From positions 1-64,000 of the IMG/VR virus record IMGVR_UViG_3300007734_000760: 64,000 bases of DNA; one strand, 5' to 3'. Every line of letters begins with the position of its first letter. Within the stretch, counting starts at the first letter, position 1. The translations under genes and the position numbers were made by a program. This document shows, piece after piece, positions 54,661-63,708 of this stretch. This DNA comes from a virus. The notes under the pieces were generated by a model. The model had not been told where the DNA came from. It saw only the letters and a program-made list of their open reading frames with translations, and ran no database searches.

Positions 54661-55116
54661 TTAAAGATCTATAATTTTGTAAATTTTAGTGTTAAGCTGT
54701 TTTATATCCCCATGTTGGGTAAGTAAGATACAGTTACGATAATGAGGCCATTCTATTCTATAAGATGGATCAACTACTCCCCCATTTAATTTTTTAATTA
54801 AATCATTTAAAGCATTGATTGTATATAAAGTGTTTGATTCTTTTTTACGATGTACTAATATAGTATTTGCAGGAATGTTTTCAACGTTACCTTGTTCTAC
54901 ATTATACGTAATAACGTATTCATTTGTACTTTTAACAAAAAGTATAAACATTTTTTTATACATTATGTTGTAGGTAGTTGATAAATTTTCAACTAGTATT
55001 TCAATTGACTCTTGCGGGGTAAAAGTAGCAAATAACCTGTTATTCATATTGTCCGTATCAGTTGTATTATAATCATACATATTGAAAGCGGGTGTTGAAA
55101 TAATATTTAAATTCAT
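54661..55116 (-). CDS. Conserved hypothetical phage protein
   Basis: TILVHRKKESNTLYTINALN motif. Confidence 0.7.
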   Translation of the reverse strand: MNLNIISTPAFNMYDYNTTDTDNMNNRLFATFTPQESIEILVENLSTTYNIMYKKMFILFVKSTNEYVITYNVEQGNVENIPANTILVHRKKESNTLYTINALNDLIKKLNGGVVDPSYRIEWPHYRNCILLTQHGDIKQLNTKIYKIIDL

Positions 55117-55117
55117 T

Positions 55118-55732
55118 TTATATTGATTTAGAGCGGTTTTGATTACCTATATATCCTTTGTAACCTAAGGATTCAGCAATTTTTGTATTTATAAATAGAG
55201 GCCTAGTATTAGTATAGTGAAAAGCACGCATCTGTTGCATATGATCAGTCATATCAAAACTAAATAGTGGTTGAATATGATCTATTTCCCAAATTTTACT
55301 TTGATTTTCCCAAGTCATTTCTGGGAGAAATTGATTTTCTAAATATACTTTCCATTCACTAGCGGTGCATCCTAAAAGTTTTTGAGAGTTCATTGACGTA
55401 TTTTTGTTTTTTAAATAATTATTAATACTTGATCTTAATATCATAGAAATTCTAAAAGAAGGATCAGTATTATATTTGTTTTTAAAATAAATTCGATAAT
55501 ATTCTAGATGTTTTTCTTTATTCTCACATCTCCATTTTTTATCATATTCTTTTTTCTTTTCTAAGTTGTCTAAGCGCCACTGTTTATTAATTTCAGTATT
55601 ATGTTGTTTGTTTTTGTTATTGTATTCTTTTTTACAAGACCTACATATATTATTTAATCCATCTTTTTGAGATTGATTTTTAGAAAATTCAATTTTATCT
55701 TTTTTTATTTTACATTTAATACAGTTTTTCAT
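55118..55732 (-). mobile_element. HNH/EndoVII-like homing endonuclease with N-terminal Zn finger
   Basis: CIKC...CRSC; LLGC...YLE.QF...MTWEN...WEIDHIQP...FHYTN..PL. Confidence 0.82.
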
Positions 55733-55770
55733 TTTATTATAAATATATAACAGTATGACTTTTTCATATA

Positions 55771-57051
55771 TTATTGTAATGGCGACATTACGCCATAATT
55801 TTTGCCTTTTGTTAGTTTAATTTTTAAATTATGTTTATTGAATTGATTTTGTATATCTTTTAATATATTATCGTCCTTATTATAGTCTAATAATATAGAA
55901 TCATAAGTATACAGTACTATTTGTGTTTCTTTACTTTTTAATAATTTAATAACGTCCCACATTATACAAACATTGTTTGCAGTTTCCAAATTTTGGAGCG
56001 TATAATTAAATAACTTTTGTGGATTAATATCTTTTATACCTTTATAAAATTTATGACCTGATATAGGACATTCAATAAATCCATCAACCGTATATTTTTT
56101 CCACATTTTATTAACATGTTCCTGTATTAATTGAAAGTATTCTATGTATTGATATTCTTTATAAATTCCACCGTACAATTGTTTAAACATTAATATTTTT
56201 GCTTCACTTATTTCAATGTCTGCTTCTCGTGCAAAGTATTCATATGGTGTGTCCTTTCCAAAATCATATCCTATTAATTGAGCAGCTAATGTTGGATGAT
56301 AAGCACTTATGTCTATTTCAATAAAATAATCATTTTTAGGTATAAATGCATTTCTACAACCATTGTCTTTAGACAAAGCAGCAAAATTAATAGTGTTAAA
56401 ACTATTTGATGGTCTTCCTGTTGTAGTACATAAGTTATACTGAGTGTGTATTATGTCATTTTTAATAGATAAAAATTCATTATTTAGTTCAAAATGTTTA
56501 TCTAATGTTTTTTTATCTATTTTTATACCATTACTTTCAATATAATTAAAAATACTAGTTATTTGATTATTAAATTTATTGTTTTTAGGTTTAACACAAT
56601 ATTCTTTTATTTTACGGTATATATTTTCACATCTTTCATAATGTTTAACTAATGGTATAACAGTGTTAATATCCTCTACATTGTGTGTTCTGTAAAAAAA
56701 ACTGTGAGCAGGTGTTGTAATTTCTGAGTATTCTGGGGTGTTAAATGAAATGTCTATTAAATTTTTAAGTGGGAATAGATTAATAAATGATTTTCTATCT
56801 CGTACATAAATTTCACTATAAGAAGCGAGTAAATCGTTTATAACAACGGAATTCAATAAAAGTGCCTCATTATGACTAATACTTAATATATAACCTTTAT
56901 CCCCGTTTAATGGTTTGATATACAATAAAGATATATCGTTTAGTGATGGATGAACAAAATCATTAAAATATATAGGTTCAATAAATACTTTATCATAACC
57001 TATTTCAAAAAATTCATTTAGTTGTTCATTATTTTCAATAATGTAAAACAT
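55771..57051 (-). CDS. Divergent, short family A DNA polymerase
   Basis: TTTGRPS, motif A EIDISAYHP, motif B AK..MFKQLYGG, NY..Q, motif C YTYDS, GKNY. Confidence 0.8.
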   Translation of the reverse strand: MFYIIENNEQLNEFFEIGYDKVFIEPIYFNDFVHPSLNDISLLYIKPLNGDKGYILSISHNEALLLNSVVINDLLASYSEIYVRDRKSFINLFPLKNLIDISFNTPEYSEITTPAHSFFYRTHNVEDINTVIPLVKHYERCENIYRKIKEYCVKPKNNKFNNQITSIFNYIESNGIKIDKKTLDKHFELNNEFLSIKNDIIHTQYNLCTTTGRPSNSFNTINFAALSKDNGCRNAFIPKNDYFIEIDISAYHPTLAAQLIGYDFGKDTPYEYFAREADIEISEAKILMFKQLYGGIYKEYQYIEYFQLIQEHVNKMWKKYTVDGFIECPISGHKFYKGIKDINPQKLFNYTLQNLETANNVCIMWDVIKLLKSKETQIVLYTYDSILLDYNKDDNILKDIQNQFNKHNLKIKLTKGKNYGVMSPLQ

Positions 57052-57069
57052 AACCTTAATTTATATAAT

Positions 57070-57101
57070 TAAATATAAAATAAAATTTTATGTAATCCAA
57101 A
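57070..57101 (-). promoter_or_regulatory. Class I promoter
   Basis: TTTGGATTAC...TATATTTA, 20-nt spacer. Confidence 0.75.
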
Positions 57102-57104
57102 TTT

Positions 57105-57146
57105 AAAAGAAAAAACACCCCAGATAGCGAATCAAAGGGTGTTTTT
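57105..57146 (-). terminator. Terminator-like hairpin with a 16-nt loop
   Basis: AAAAACACCC / GGGTGTTTTT 10-bp stem followed by a T-rich tail on the minus strand. Confidence 0.7.
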
Positions 57147-57180
57147 AATAGCCGAAGCTATAACGGTCCTAATCCGTATG
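57105..57180 (-). ncRNA. Structured 3'-UTR RNA complementary to 23S rRNA H69-H70
   Basis: Three hairpins, one with a C(UUCG)G tetraloop; + strand GCCGAAGCTATAACGGTCCTAA is 20/22 identical to 23S 1907-1928 and GATAGCGAA is 8/9 identical to 1929-1937 (E. coli numbering from memory). Confidence 0.6.
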
Positions 57181-57184
57181 TCTT

Positions 57185-57805
57185 TTATTTATAAAATTTA
57201 AGATAATCTTCTCTAAGAAACTTATCAAACATAATAAATTTAAAATTATCCATCATGTACTTAGTTACATTTTTATTAGTTTTATATACTTGTTCTTTAT
57301 TACCAGATATTGTCCACTGATATTTAAAAGGAATGTACATTTGCCAAAGATAATCTGGATTTTTATTTGCTAGTTTAGTGTATATATCTTTATTTATTTC
57401 TGTGTAAATTACTTCATTTGTTTTTTTACAAAAATATCTTGTAAATTCTCCTAAAGTATAATCATTATCTGTAAGTTGAGGTTGAGATGAGTTAGGTAGT
57501 AAAAATCCTGTGTATTTGTATTTAGGGTAATCTAGTGGTGTAAATAAACTTGGTTGAGGTTTAAAATCATTTACATTAAGTTTATTAGATGTATCTGTTT
57601 GAGGTTCATTACCTATATCAGTTTGATTAACTTTTGGTTTTATTAATTCATTGTTAGGTCCATCATTAGGTACTTTTCCTGTAAAATATTTACCTTTAGA
57701 GGTTTTAAAATAAAAACCTTTATAATTTAAATTATTATTAAGATATGCTAGTTCTCCTCCATTAGTATATAAATTAGTTGTTATTTGAGATTTAGGATAA
57801 TACAT
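57185..57805 (-). CDS. Conserved virion/baseplate-region protein
   Basis: MYYPKSQI..NLYTNG.E, DY..GEFTRYF; last gene of the tail operon. Confidence 0.65.
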   Translation of the reverse strand: MYYPKSQITTNLYTNGGELAYLNNNLNYKGFYFKTSKGKYFTGKVPNDGPNNELIKPKVNQTDIGNEPQTDTSNKLNVNDFKPQPSLFTPLDYPKYKYTGFLLPNSSQPQLTDNDYTLGEFTRYFCKKTNEVIYTEINKDIYTKLANKNPDYLWQMYIPFKYQWTISGNKEQVYKTNKNVTKYMMDNFKFIMFDKFLREDYLKFYK

Positions 57806-57806
57806 T

Positions 57807-60800
57807 TTAATTTAATTTTCTGACAGGTAAAAGTGTGCCAGCCATTCCTAAATTAATAAGCATTTGTACTAATTTAGGAGAAGGAAAAGTATCAACATGA
57901 GTTCCTTCTCTTGCTCTACCGTGACCATATATTCCTGGTCCAGGATCTCCTGTTACTTTAGTGTGTGTTGAAGCCATTGGTGCTCCTCCAAATACCATAG
58001 CGTAAACATCTTTTCCTAAAAATCCAGGTTTAATTTTAGGATGTCTATTACAAATACCTGTTATTAAAGTTTGTAAAGCAGTCATTTGTGCTGGTAAAAA
58101 ATCTGAGTATACGTATGTTCCCTCCCACTTATGATCAAAACTTATTACATCCCTACCATAAGAATTTACATATTTGTTAGTACTATAATTATCACTTTCT
58201 CTATACCAAGACTCAGGTATAGGATCTCCAGGTTTCCATCCTCCTCCTTTTTTATTTAAACGCCCATCAGTAGCTATTTCAATAGCTATACTTCTATAAT
58301 TTAAATCATTAGATGCTGGAAAATTTTGGAGTTCAAATTTAGCTAAATCACTACCATTTTGTGCAAACCATGGATTTTTATTTATAGTTCCATCATAATT
58401 TATAGCATAATGTACTGAATCAAGTGGACCTATTCTATCAGTAACAGTGTGGTGTAATATTATTTTATCTATAAATTGATTTGTTCCTTGGCTACCACCT
58501 CCACCACCTCCACCACTACTTTGGTTTGCACCTCCTAAAGGTCCTCCATTAACACCATCTTCAATTACTGGGGTTGAAATTGTTTCTAATGTAGTTGTCC
58601 ATCCATCTTTATCAATTTTATTTGTTACTCCTTTTATAATAAATTTTAAAATACCAGGATATGTAACTGGTAAGAAATTAGCATTGATTTGTAGTTTTTG
58701 ATAAATTTTTATTCCAGACATTCCATCTAGTGTCATTGATAAGTTTAATGGAAGAAATCCTTTACTACTTGTTGAAGTAGGAGTAATATCATTATTTATT
58801 TTTTTTTGTAGTGTTTTAAGATACTTTACATGTTTTAAAAAATTTGTTACTATTTCTTTTGTAGTATCAGATTGATCTGGCTCTATATCTATTTCAGTAC
58901 CATTCTCATCTGTGTATCTTTCTGTTAAATATTCTTCATATGAACTAGCAAGTTCTTTACTTTGTTCTATTGCTTCAGCAATTAATTTAGAATTTGTTTT
59001 TATTGGGGGTGCAGGAACTGTATTAAGTGGTTTGTAAGTAAGAGTTTCATGTATTATAGGTTTTAATCCTTCATTCCATTTAGAAAAAGCAGTAGCATCT
59101 TCACCAACCATAGCGCCATTAGCTGTAGCTCCTATAGTCATCATAGCCATAGAAGCATTAGTAAGTTCAGTTTTTATTGATACATCTTTAACAAATCCAG
59201 CATTTGATCCATCATATCCTATAACTACAAAAGGTTCAGAAAGTTTTTCTGTTTCTTCAAAAGTATCATCTGCTAAAGGAGTACTATCTATTATTTTAAC
59301 TGTATTAATATTTTCATCAACTATAACTTCTAGTTGGTTAATTCCTCCTAATGCTCCATTTATTGATGAAACTATATCTTTAAGTAAATCAATTAAAAGA
59401 ACTTCATTAGTTTCAGTATCTTGTAAACTAATTAATTTACTTAAAATAAATTCAGCATTAACATATATATTATTAATATTTCCTAAAACTACACTTTTTC
59501 CTGGAGGTGAAATTTTAAATGAATATTCATTAATTTCCGCTAATATCTCAGCTTTTATATGTGAATATTCATTATCTCCTTGAAGAGAAAATCCACCAAT
59601 GTAACATATTCTTGCGTCACCAGAAATTTGAAAAACTTCTGTGTACATATATTGAGGTTTTTCTTCTTTTGTTGTGTCATCTATTTCTATCATTTTTACT
59701 AATGGTTCTCCTGTTTTGGCATCACAAGGTAATACACTTTCTAATATTTTTAAAAATTCTCCAAATCGTACACAATATAAATTAGCATCTTCTGATCCTA
59801 AAATAATATAATTTTTATCTTCAGAAGATTTTATTTCTTGTAAGGTGTTCTCTTCACCTAAAAGACCAGAAGTTGTTAGTGGAAACTTTTCAAAAAATAT
59901 TTTGCCTATTGTATTAGTACTTTTATATCTATCAATCCATTTTTTTCCTTGATTTGCTTTTACTTCGTCTTGTTTTTCTCCTTTTCCTAAATCTTCTGAT
60001 ATAGAAGTATCAGTGAGTAAATTTACTTTAAATGATTCAACTATGGCACCTACACTTATTAATTTTAAAGTAATATTATATGAATTATCTTTGTTTAAAG
60101 TCCAATCAAAATTAACTACTTTACTCCACATTCCATCATAATTGCCTCCTGACGATTTTCTTTTGTCTTCTAATGCTGTTAAAACTTCAGTGTCTTTTGT
60201 ATATTTTGAAAGTAAAAGATCATTAGAAATGCTATAATTAGGATTAACATCTATTACTCCATTTGCTCCTACAATTATTGAATGTCCCCATTCTAACAAC
60301 ATAGGAAAGCCTAATCTTAAATATAATATATCAATTATTTCTAATTGAGCTTTATTAAAAGCTTTTATGTTAATAGTTCCTTCACGAATTGAACCTCTAT
60401 TTCTAAATTTTGTTTCAGTTGAAGTTATACCAGGCATAGGTCTAAAACCTTGTTCTAGTCCTCCAATACCATAAGTTACTTTACTTAAAATACCATAACT
60501 ACTTAAATTTATTCCAGAATATGGTTGGCCAGAAGTATCAGATGTGCCATTAAATAAAATAAACTGTTTAGCTAAACCTGTGCCTAAAAGACTAGTGTCA
60601 CTAAGACCTATAGTACTTAATCTATCTAAAGCAGTATTATTATCTCCTGCTATTGTTACTCCAGATGTAAGTTTAATCCAACTAGTTTTAGAATGTAAAT
60701 AAGATAAAGTATTTTTATCTCTATTACTATTTAAACCTTGACCGTGTGTTTTTTGTCTATCTTTTATTTGTTTATTTACATATTCATCAAATGGTTCTCC

Positions 60801-60815
60801 TACTATATTACTCAT
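57807..60815 (-). CDS. Baseplate hub-like protein with C-terminal N-acetylmuramoyl-L-alanine amidase domain
   Basis: RPMPGIT...LLEWG hub-like N-terminus; Gly linker; IILHHT, VHY, SIAIEI, GH amidase_2 motifs. Confidence 0.7.
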   Translation of the reverse strand: MSNIVGEPFDEYVNKQIKDRQKTHGQGLNSNRDKNTLSYLHSKTSWIKLTSGVTIAGDNNTALDRLSTIGLSDTSLLGTGLAKQFILFNGTSDTSGQPYSGINLSSYGILSKVTYGIGGLEQGFRPMPGITSTETKFRNRGSIREGTINIKAFNKAQLEIIDILYLRLGFPMLLEWGHSIIVGANGVIDVNPNYSISNDLLLSKYTKDTEVLTALEDKRKSSGGNYDGMWSKVVNFDWTLNKDNSYNITLKLISVGAIVESFKVNLLTDTSISEDLGKGEKQDEVKANQGKKWIDRYKSTNTIGKIFFEKFPLTTSGLLGEENTLQEIKSSEDKNYIILGSEDANLYCVRFGEFLKILESVLPCDAKTGEPLVKMIEIDDTTKEEKPQYMYTEVFQISGDARICYIGGFSLQGDNEYSHIKAEILAEINEYSFKISPPGKSVVLGNINNIYVNAEFILSKLISLQDTETNEVLLIDLLKDIVSSINGALGGINQLEVIVDENINTVKIIDSTPLADDTFEETEKLSEPFVVIGYDGSNAGFVKDVSIKTELTNASMAMMTIGATANGAMVGEDATAFSKWNEGLKPIIHETLTYKPLNTVPAPPIKTNSKLIAEAIEQSKELASSYEEYLTERYTDENGTEIDIEPDQSDTTKEIVTNFLKHVKYLKTLQKKINNDITPTSTSSKGFLPLNLSMTLDGMSGIKIYQKLQINANFLPVTYPGILKFIIKGVTNKIDKDGWTTTLETISTPVIEDGVNGGPLGGANQSSGGGGGGGSQGTNQFIDKIILHHTVTDRIGPLDSVHYAINYDGTINKNPWFAQNGSDLAKFELQNFPASNDLNYRSIAIEIATDGRLNKKGGGWKPGDPIPESWYRESDNYSTNKYVNSYGRDVISFDHKWEGTYVYSDFLPAQMTALQTLITGICNRHPKIKPGFLGKDVYAMVFGGAPMASTHTKVTGDPGPGIYGHGRAREGTHVDTFPSPKLVQMLINLGMAGTLLPVRKLN

Positions 60816-60818
60816 AAC

Positions 60819-61115
60819 TTATGAATTTAAATTGTTAAAACTACTTTTAATGTTTTCTATATTAACAGGTATTCTAAGTTGAATACCTTCAGGTATAATT
60901 AATGAATTTTGAGGTAATGAAGCGTTTGCAATAGATATAACCCACCACATACTTTCATCTTGATAGTATTGTCCTGCTAAAACATCAAATCTATCTCCTT
61001 GAACTGTTGTAACATACATATCATTTTCATCTAAAGGAATTTCAGGATATTTAACTGTTCTATAAACCGGTTTTTGATTTATTTTAATTGTAGGTATATT
61101 TTGATAGCGATTCAT
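60819..61115 (-). CDS. LysM-like baseplate wedge / tail X-like protein
   Basis: GDRFDVLAGQYY.D..MWWVI..AN...G.QLRIP. Confidence 0.8.
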   Translation of the reverse strand: MNRYQNIPTIKINQKPVYRTVKYPEIPLDENDMYVTTVQGDRFDVLAGQYYQDESMWWVISIANASLPQNSLIIPEGIQLRIPVNIENIKSSFNNLNS

Positions 61116-61122
61116 TTATAAA

Positions 61123-63705
61123 TTATTTTCCAAATTTTCGAAATATTAAATTATTGTTTTGTCTTTGATCATCTTTAGTTATATCAGCAGTAAAAGGATC
61201 TTTATTTCTTTCCTGTTTAGGGATAACTCCTTTTCTTTCTAAATCACGTGTTATAGCATCAATTAATTGTTGTTTTCCTGCTACTTGTGAAGTAGTAGTA
61301 TCAGATATTATTTTTTTAGATGTAGGCTTAGAATCTGTTTTAGGCTTAGGAGTAGGATTAGGCTTAGGCTTAGGTTTAGGAGTAGGTGGAGTAGGTGGAG
61401 TAGGTGGAGTAGGAGCAGTCTTAGGCTCTCCACAATTTAATATATAAGGTGTAGCTCCTAAATTTTTCCAATCTGCTTTTTTAACAGCAAATTTATGAAT
61501 TGGAGTAAAGCTAAATCCACTTACTTTTATTACATGAGCTAGTTGAGGATTTATATCTGTATAACCATCATATCCAGCCATTTTAGTCATTTTTCCATCT
61601 TCATCAATTCCTATTTCCCAAGTTGTATCTTCACCCATTTCAACAGTTAAACCAGTTATAAATCCAGGTTGATCACATATGTATCCTCCAATAGTTAAAG
61701 TAACTAAAGGACCTCTCATTAAACCTGCTCTACTATAGTCTGGAGCCATTTGTGATATTAAATAATTTAATTTTTTATACATAGGTATTAACTCTACTCT
61801 TGATTGAGCAGCTAATGTGAACGATAATGAAATTTTTCTATCAAATCCATCGTAAGTGTAAAAGTTTTCGCCTCTTCCAACATATTTTTGAGGATTCCAA
61901 TTTGCGCTATAATTATCACTAATTGATCCTAAAAATGCTCTAAAATGCATGTATATTTCTTCACTTGGATTATTATTACTAATAGAAGTAATTCTAAAAT
62001 TTACTAAATCATTTTGTTTTTTTAATATATCTGAAAAATCTTTATCTTCACTACTATATAATTTTTGTGTTGTTATTTTATCATATGATGTAAAAGAAGC
62101 TGCTCCTGTATTTCCGTCAAGTTTAACTCTACCTTTAGTAAATTTATAAAGATGTTTATCATAAGGATTGCCTGAATCTCCTACTCCAATTCTTTTTTCT
62201 ATTCTATTTATTTCATAATCATTACAATATGGAATAATATTATTAAATTCCTTTATACCTAATAATTGAGTATAGTCTTCAGGATTAGATATATTATTAT
62301 CTAATTCTACTCGAAATCGTATATTAGCTCTAAAGTCTATCATTAGATTAGGATTATATCTATATAACTCCTCTAATTTTATTTTATCAATATCTGTTTG
62401 TCGGTATGTAAAAGTATTACGTGGTTCATCTACATCACTTAATGTTCCTACTTCTATTTCATCCATTTTGCGTGGTTGATAATTTGAGTTTGGATCATTT
62501 ACATTTTTTCTATCTACTCCATCTGTTACAAATTGAATTGCTAAATAATCATTAGGATATGATAAGTGATTATATTCGTACATATTACTAGCACCTGGTT
62601 TTAAACCATATGTATTTAAATTTTCAACAGAATCTTTTAAAGATATAGGAGATGTTACAGAAAATGGTAATTTATATGTTTGTGTTAATAATTGTTTATT
62701 TCTAAATCCTACACCAGAATCAGTCATTAATCCTACATTTTTTTTAGAATAATCATAATGAACAGTCATATGTTTTTCTTCATATTTAGCATTATTTGAT
62801 AATATATTACGTGGGAATAACTCAATTGCATCTAAATCATTTAATATATTTGATACTCCTATAGGAGGATGAGGATATTGCTTTAATGAAGAATTTGTTG
62901 AATTATCTTTATAACGAGAATCTATTGTAGAATTATTGTAATTACTAGTATAAAAATTTGTAGAATTTGTATTATATTTAAAAAAAGTACCATTAACACC
63001 TGTTCGTAAAACATCTCCAGTTGCTCTATCTGTAGCAAATCTAATGCGAGTAAAGCCTATACCTAAAACAGATCCTGGGCCTCCTCCATATTTATAAACA
63101 TTTTCTCTTCCTCCAAATACTCCTAGTTCTTTTTTATACTTTTCATCATATATTCGTATTAATCTATTGTCAGTATTAGGTTTATTTAAAGATATATTAA
63201 TTATGTTAGCGTAAGATGTACCAGGATTAATCTTTTTAAGTATATTAGGATGTAAAGCATCTTGATAAGTAGGTAATGAAAGAAATGAGTTAGGAATTGG
63301 ATTTAAACCTTGTTTGTTTAAATGAGTTCCAAGAAATCCAAGACCTGCTTGACCTAAAGTAGACAATGGAGTGTAAATACCCCCATTAAGTAACAATCCA
63401 CTAGCTTGTGTTTGTACTGCTATTCTAGATAATACTAGTTGTTTAGCAATAAATAAAAGACCGTTTGGTGATTTTGTGTCTGTAAAGTATTTCCCTAACC
63501 TGATTACATCATTAACTGCTGCTAATGGTGCTCCAGGTATTCCGCCTCTTATTAAAAAATCAGTACTTAAAAATCCTAAATTAGGTAATTTAATGTTAAT
63601 AGGAGTCTCAATGTATGGTTGATTACTTGATCCTCCTTCTGCTCTATCATGACCAAATTTTAGATTTTTAAGATTAGTACTGTTAAGTAGATCTATTAAA
63701 GCCAT
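61123..63705 (-). CDS. Large baseplate/tail-tube-initiator-like protein
   Basis: FRAFLGSISDNYSANW....YVGRGE.FY.Y.GF.RKISLSF...P.V.LTIG pattern typical of contractile-tail hub proteins; Pro-rich linker. Confidence 0.65.
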   Translation of the reverse strand: MALIDLLNSTNLKNLKFGHDRAEGGSSNQPYIETPINIKLPNLGFLSTDFLIRGGIPGAPLAAVNDVIRLGKYFTDTKSPNGLLFIAKQLVLSRIAVQTQASGLLLNGGIYTPLSTLGQAGLGFLGTHLNKQGLNPIPNSFLSLPTYQDALHPNILKKINPGTSYANIINISLNKPNTDNRLIRIYDEKYKKELGVFGGRENVYKYGGGPGSVLGIGFTRIRFATDRATGDVLRTGVNGTFFKYNTNSTNFYTSNYNNSTIDSRYKDNSTNSSLKQYPHPPIGVSNILNDLDAIELFPRNILSNNAKYEEKHMTVHYDYSKKNVGLMTDSGVGFRNKQLLTQTYKLPFSVTSPISLKDSVENLNTYGLKPGASNMYEYNHLSYPNDYLAIQFVTDGVDRKNVNDPNSNYQPRKMDEIEVGTLSDVDEPRNTFTYRQTDIDKIKLEELYRYNPNLMIDFRANIRFRVELDNNISNPEDYTQLLGIKEFNNIIPYCNDYEINRIEKRIGVGDSGNPYDKHLYKFTKGRVKLDGNTGAASFTSYDKITTQKLYSSEDKDFSDILKKQNDLVNFRITSISNNNPSEEIYMHFRAFLGSISDNYSANWNPQKYVGRGENFYTYDGFDRKISLSFTLAAQSRVELIPMYKKLNYLISQMAPDYSRAGLMRGPLVTLTIGGYICDQPGFITGLTVEMGEDTTWEIGIDEDGKMTKMAGYDGYTDINPQLAHVIKVSGFSFTPIHKFAVKKADWKNLGATPYILNCGEPKTAPTPPTPPTPPTPKPKPKPNPTPKPKTDSKPTSKKIISDTTTSQVAGKQQLIDAITRDLERKGVIPKQERNKDPFTADITKDDQRQNNNLIFRKFGK
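61341..61416 (-). repeat. Tandem 9-nt and 6-nt repeats encoding a (PTP)n(PK)n linker
   Basis: ggagtaggt x3-4 and ttaggc/ttaggt units on the + strand. Confidence 0.8.
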
Positions 63706-63708
63706 TCA

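Noticed and set aside
57105-57180. Pistol ribozyme, rRNA gene fragment or cloned I-CeuI site as the explanation of the 23S-like element
   Set aside because: The UUAGGA loop has no cis UCCUAA pseudoknot partner, and the rRNA-matching parts are permuted and interrupted, so it is neither a full I-CeuI site nor an rRNA remnant
190-62149. All + strand ORFs in the track (e.g. 190..432, 4573..4803, 7104..7475, 44979..45344, 50286..50606)
   Set aside because: They are antisense shadows of well-supported minus-strand genes, with no motifs and no + strand promoters
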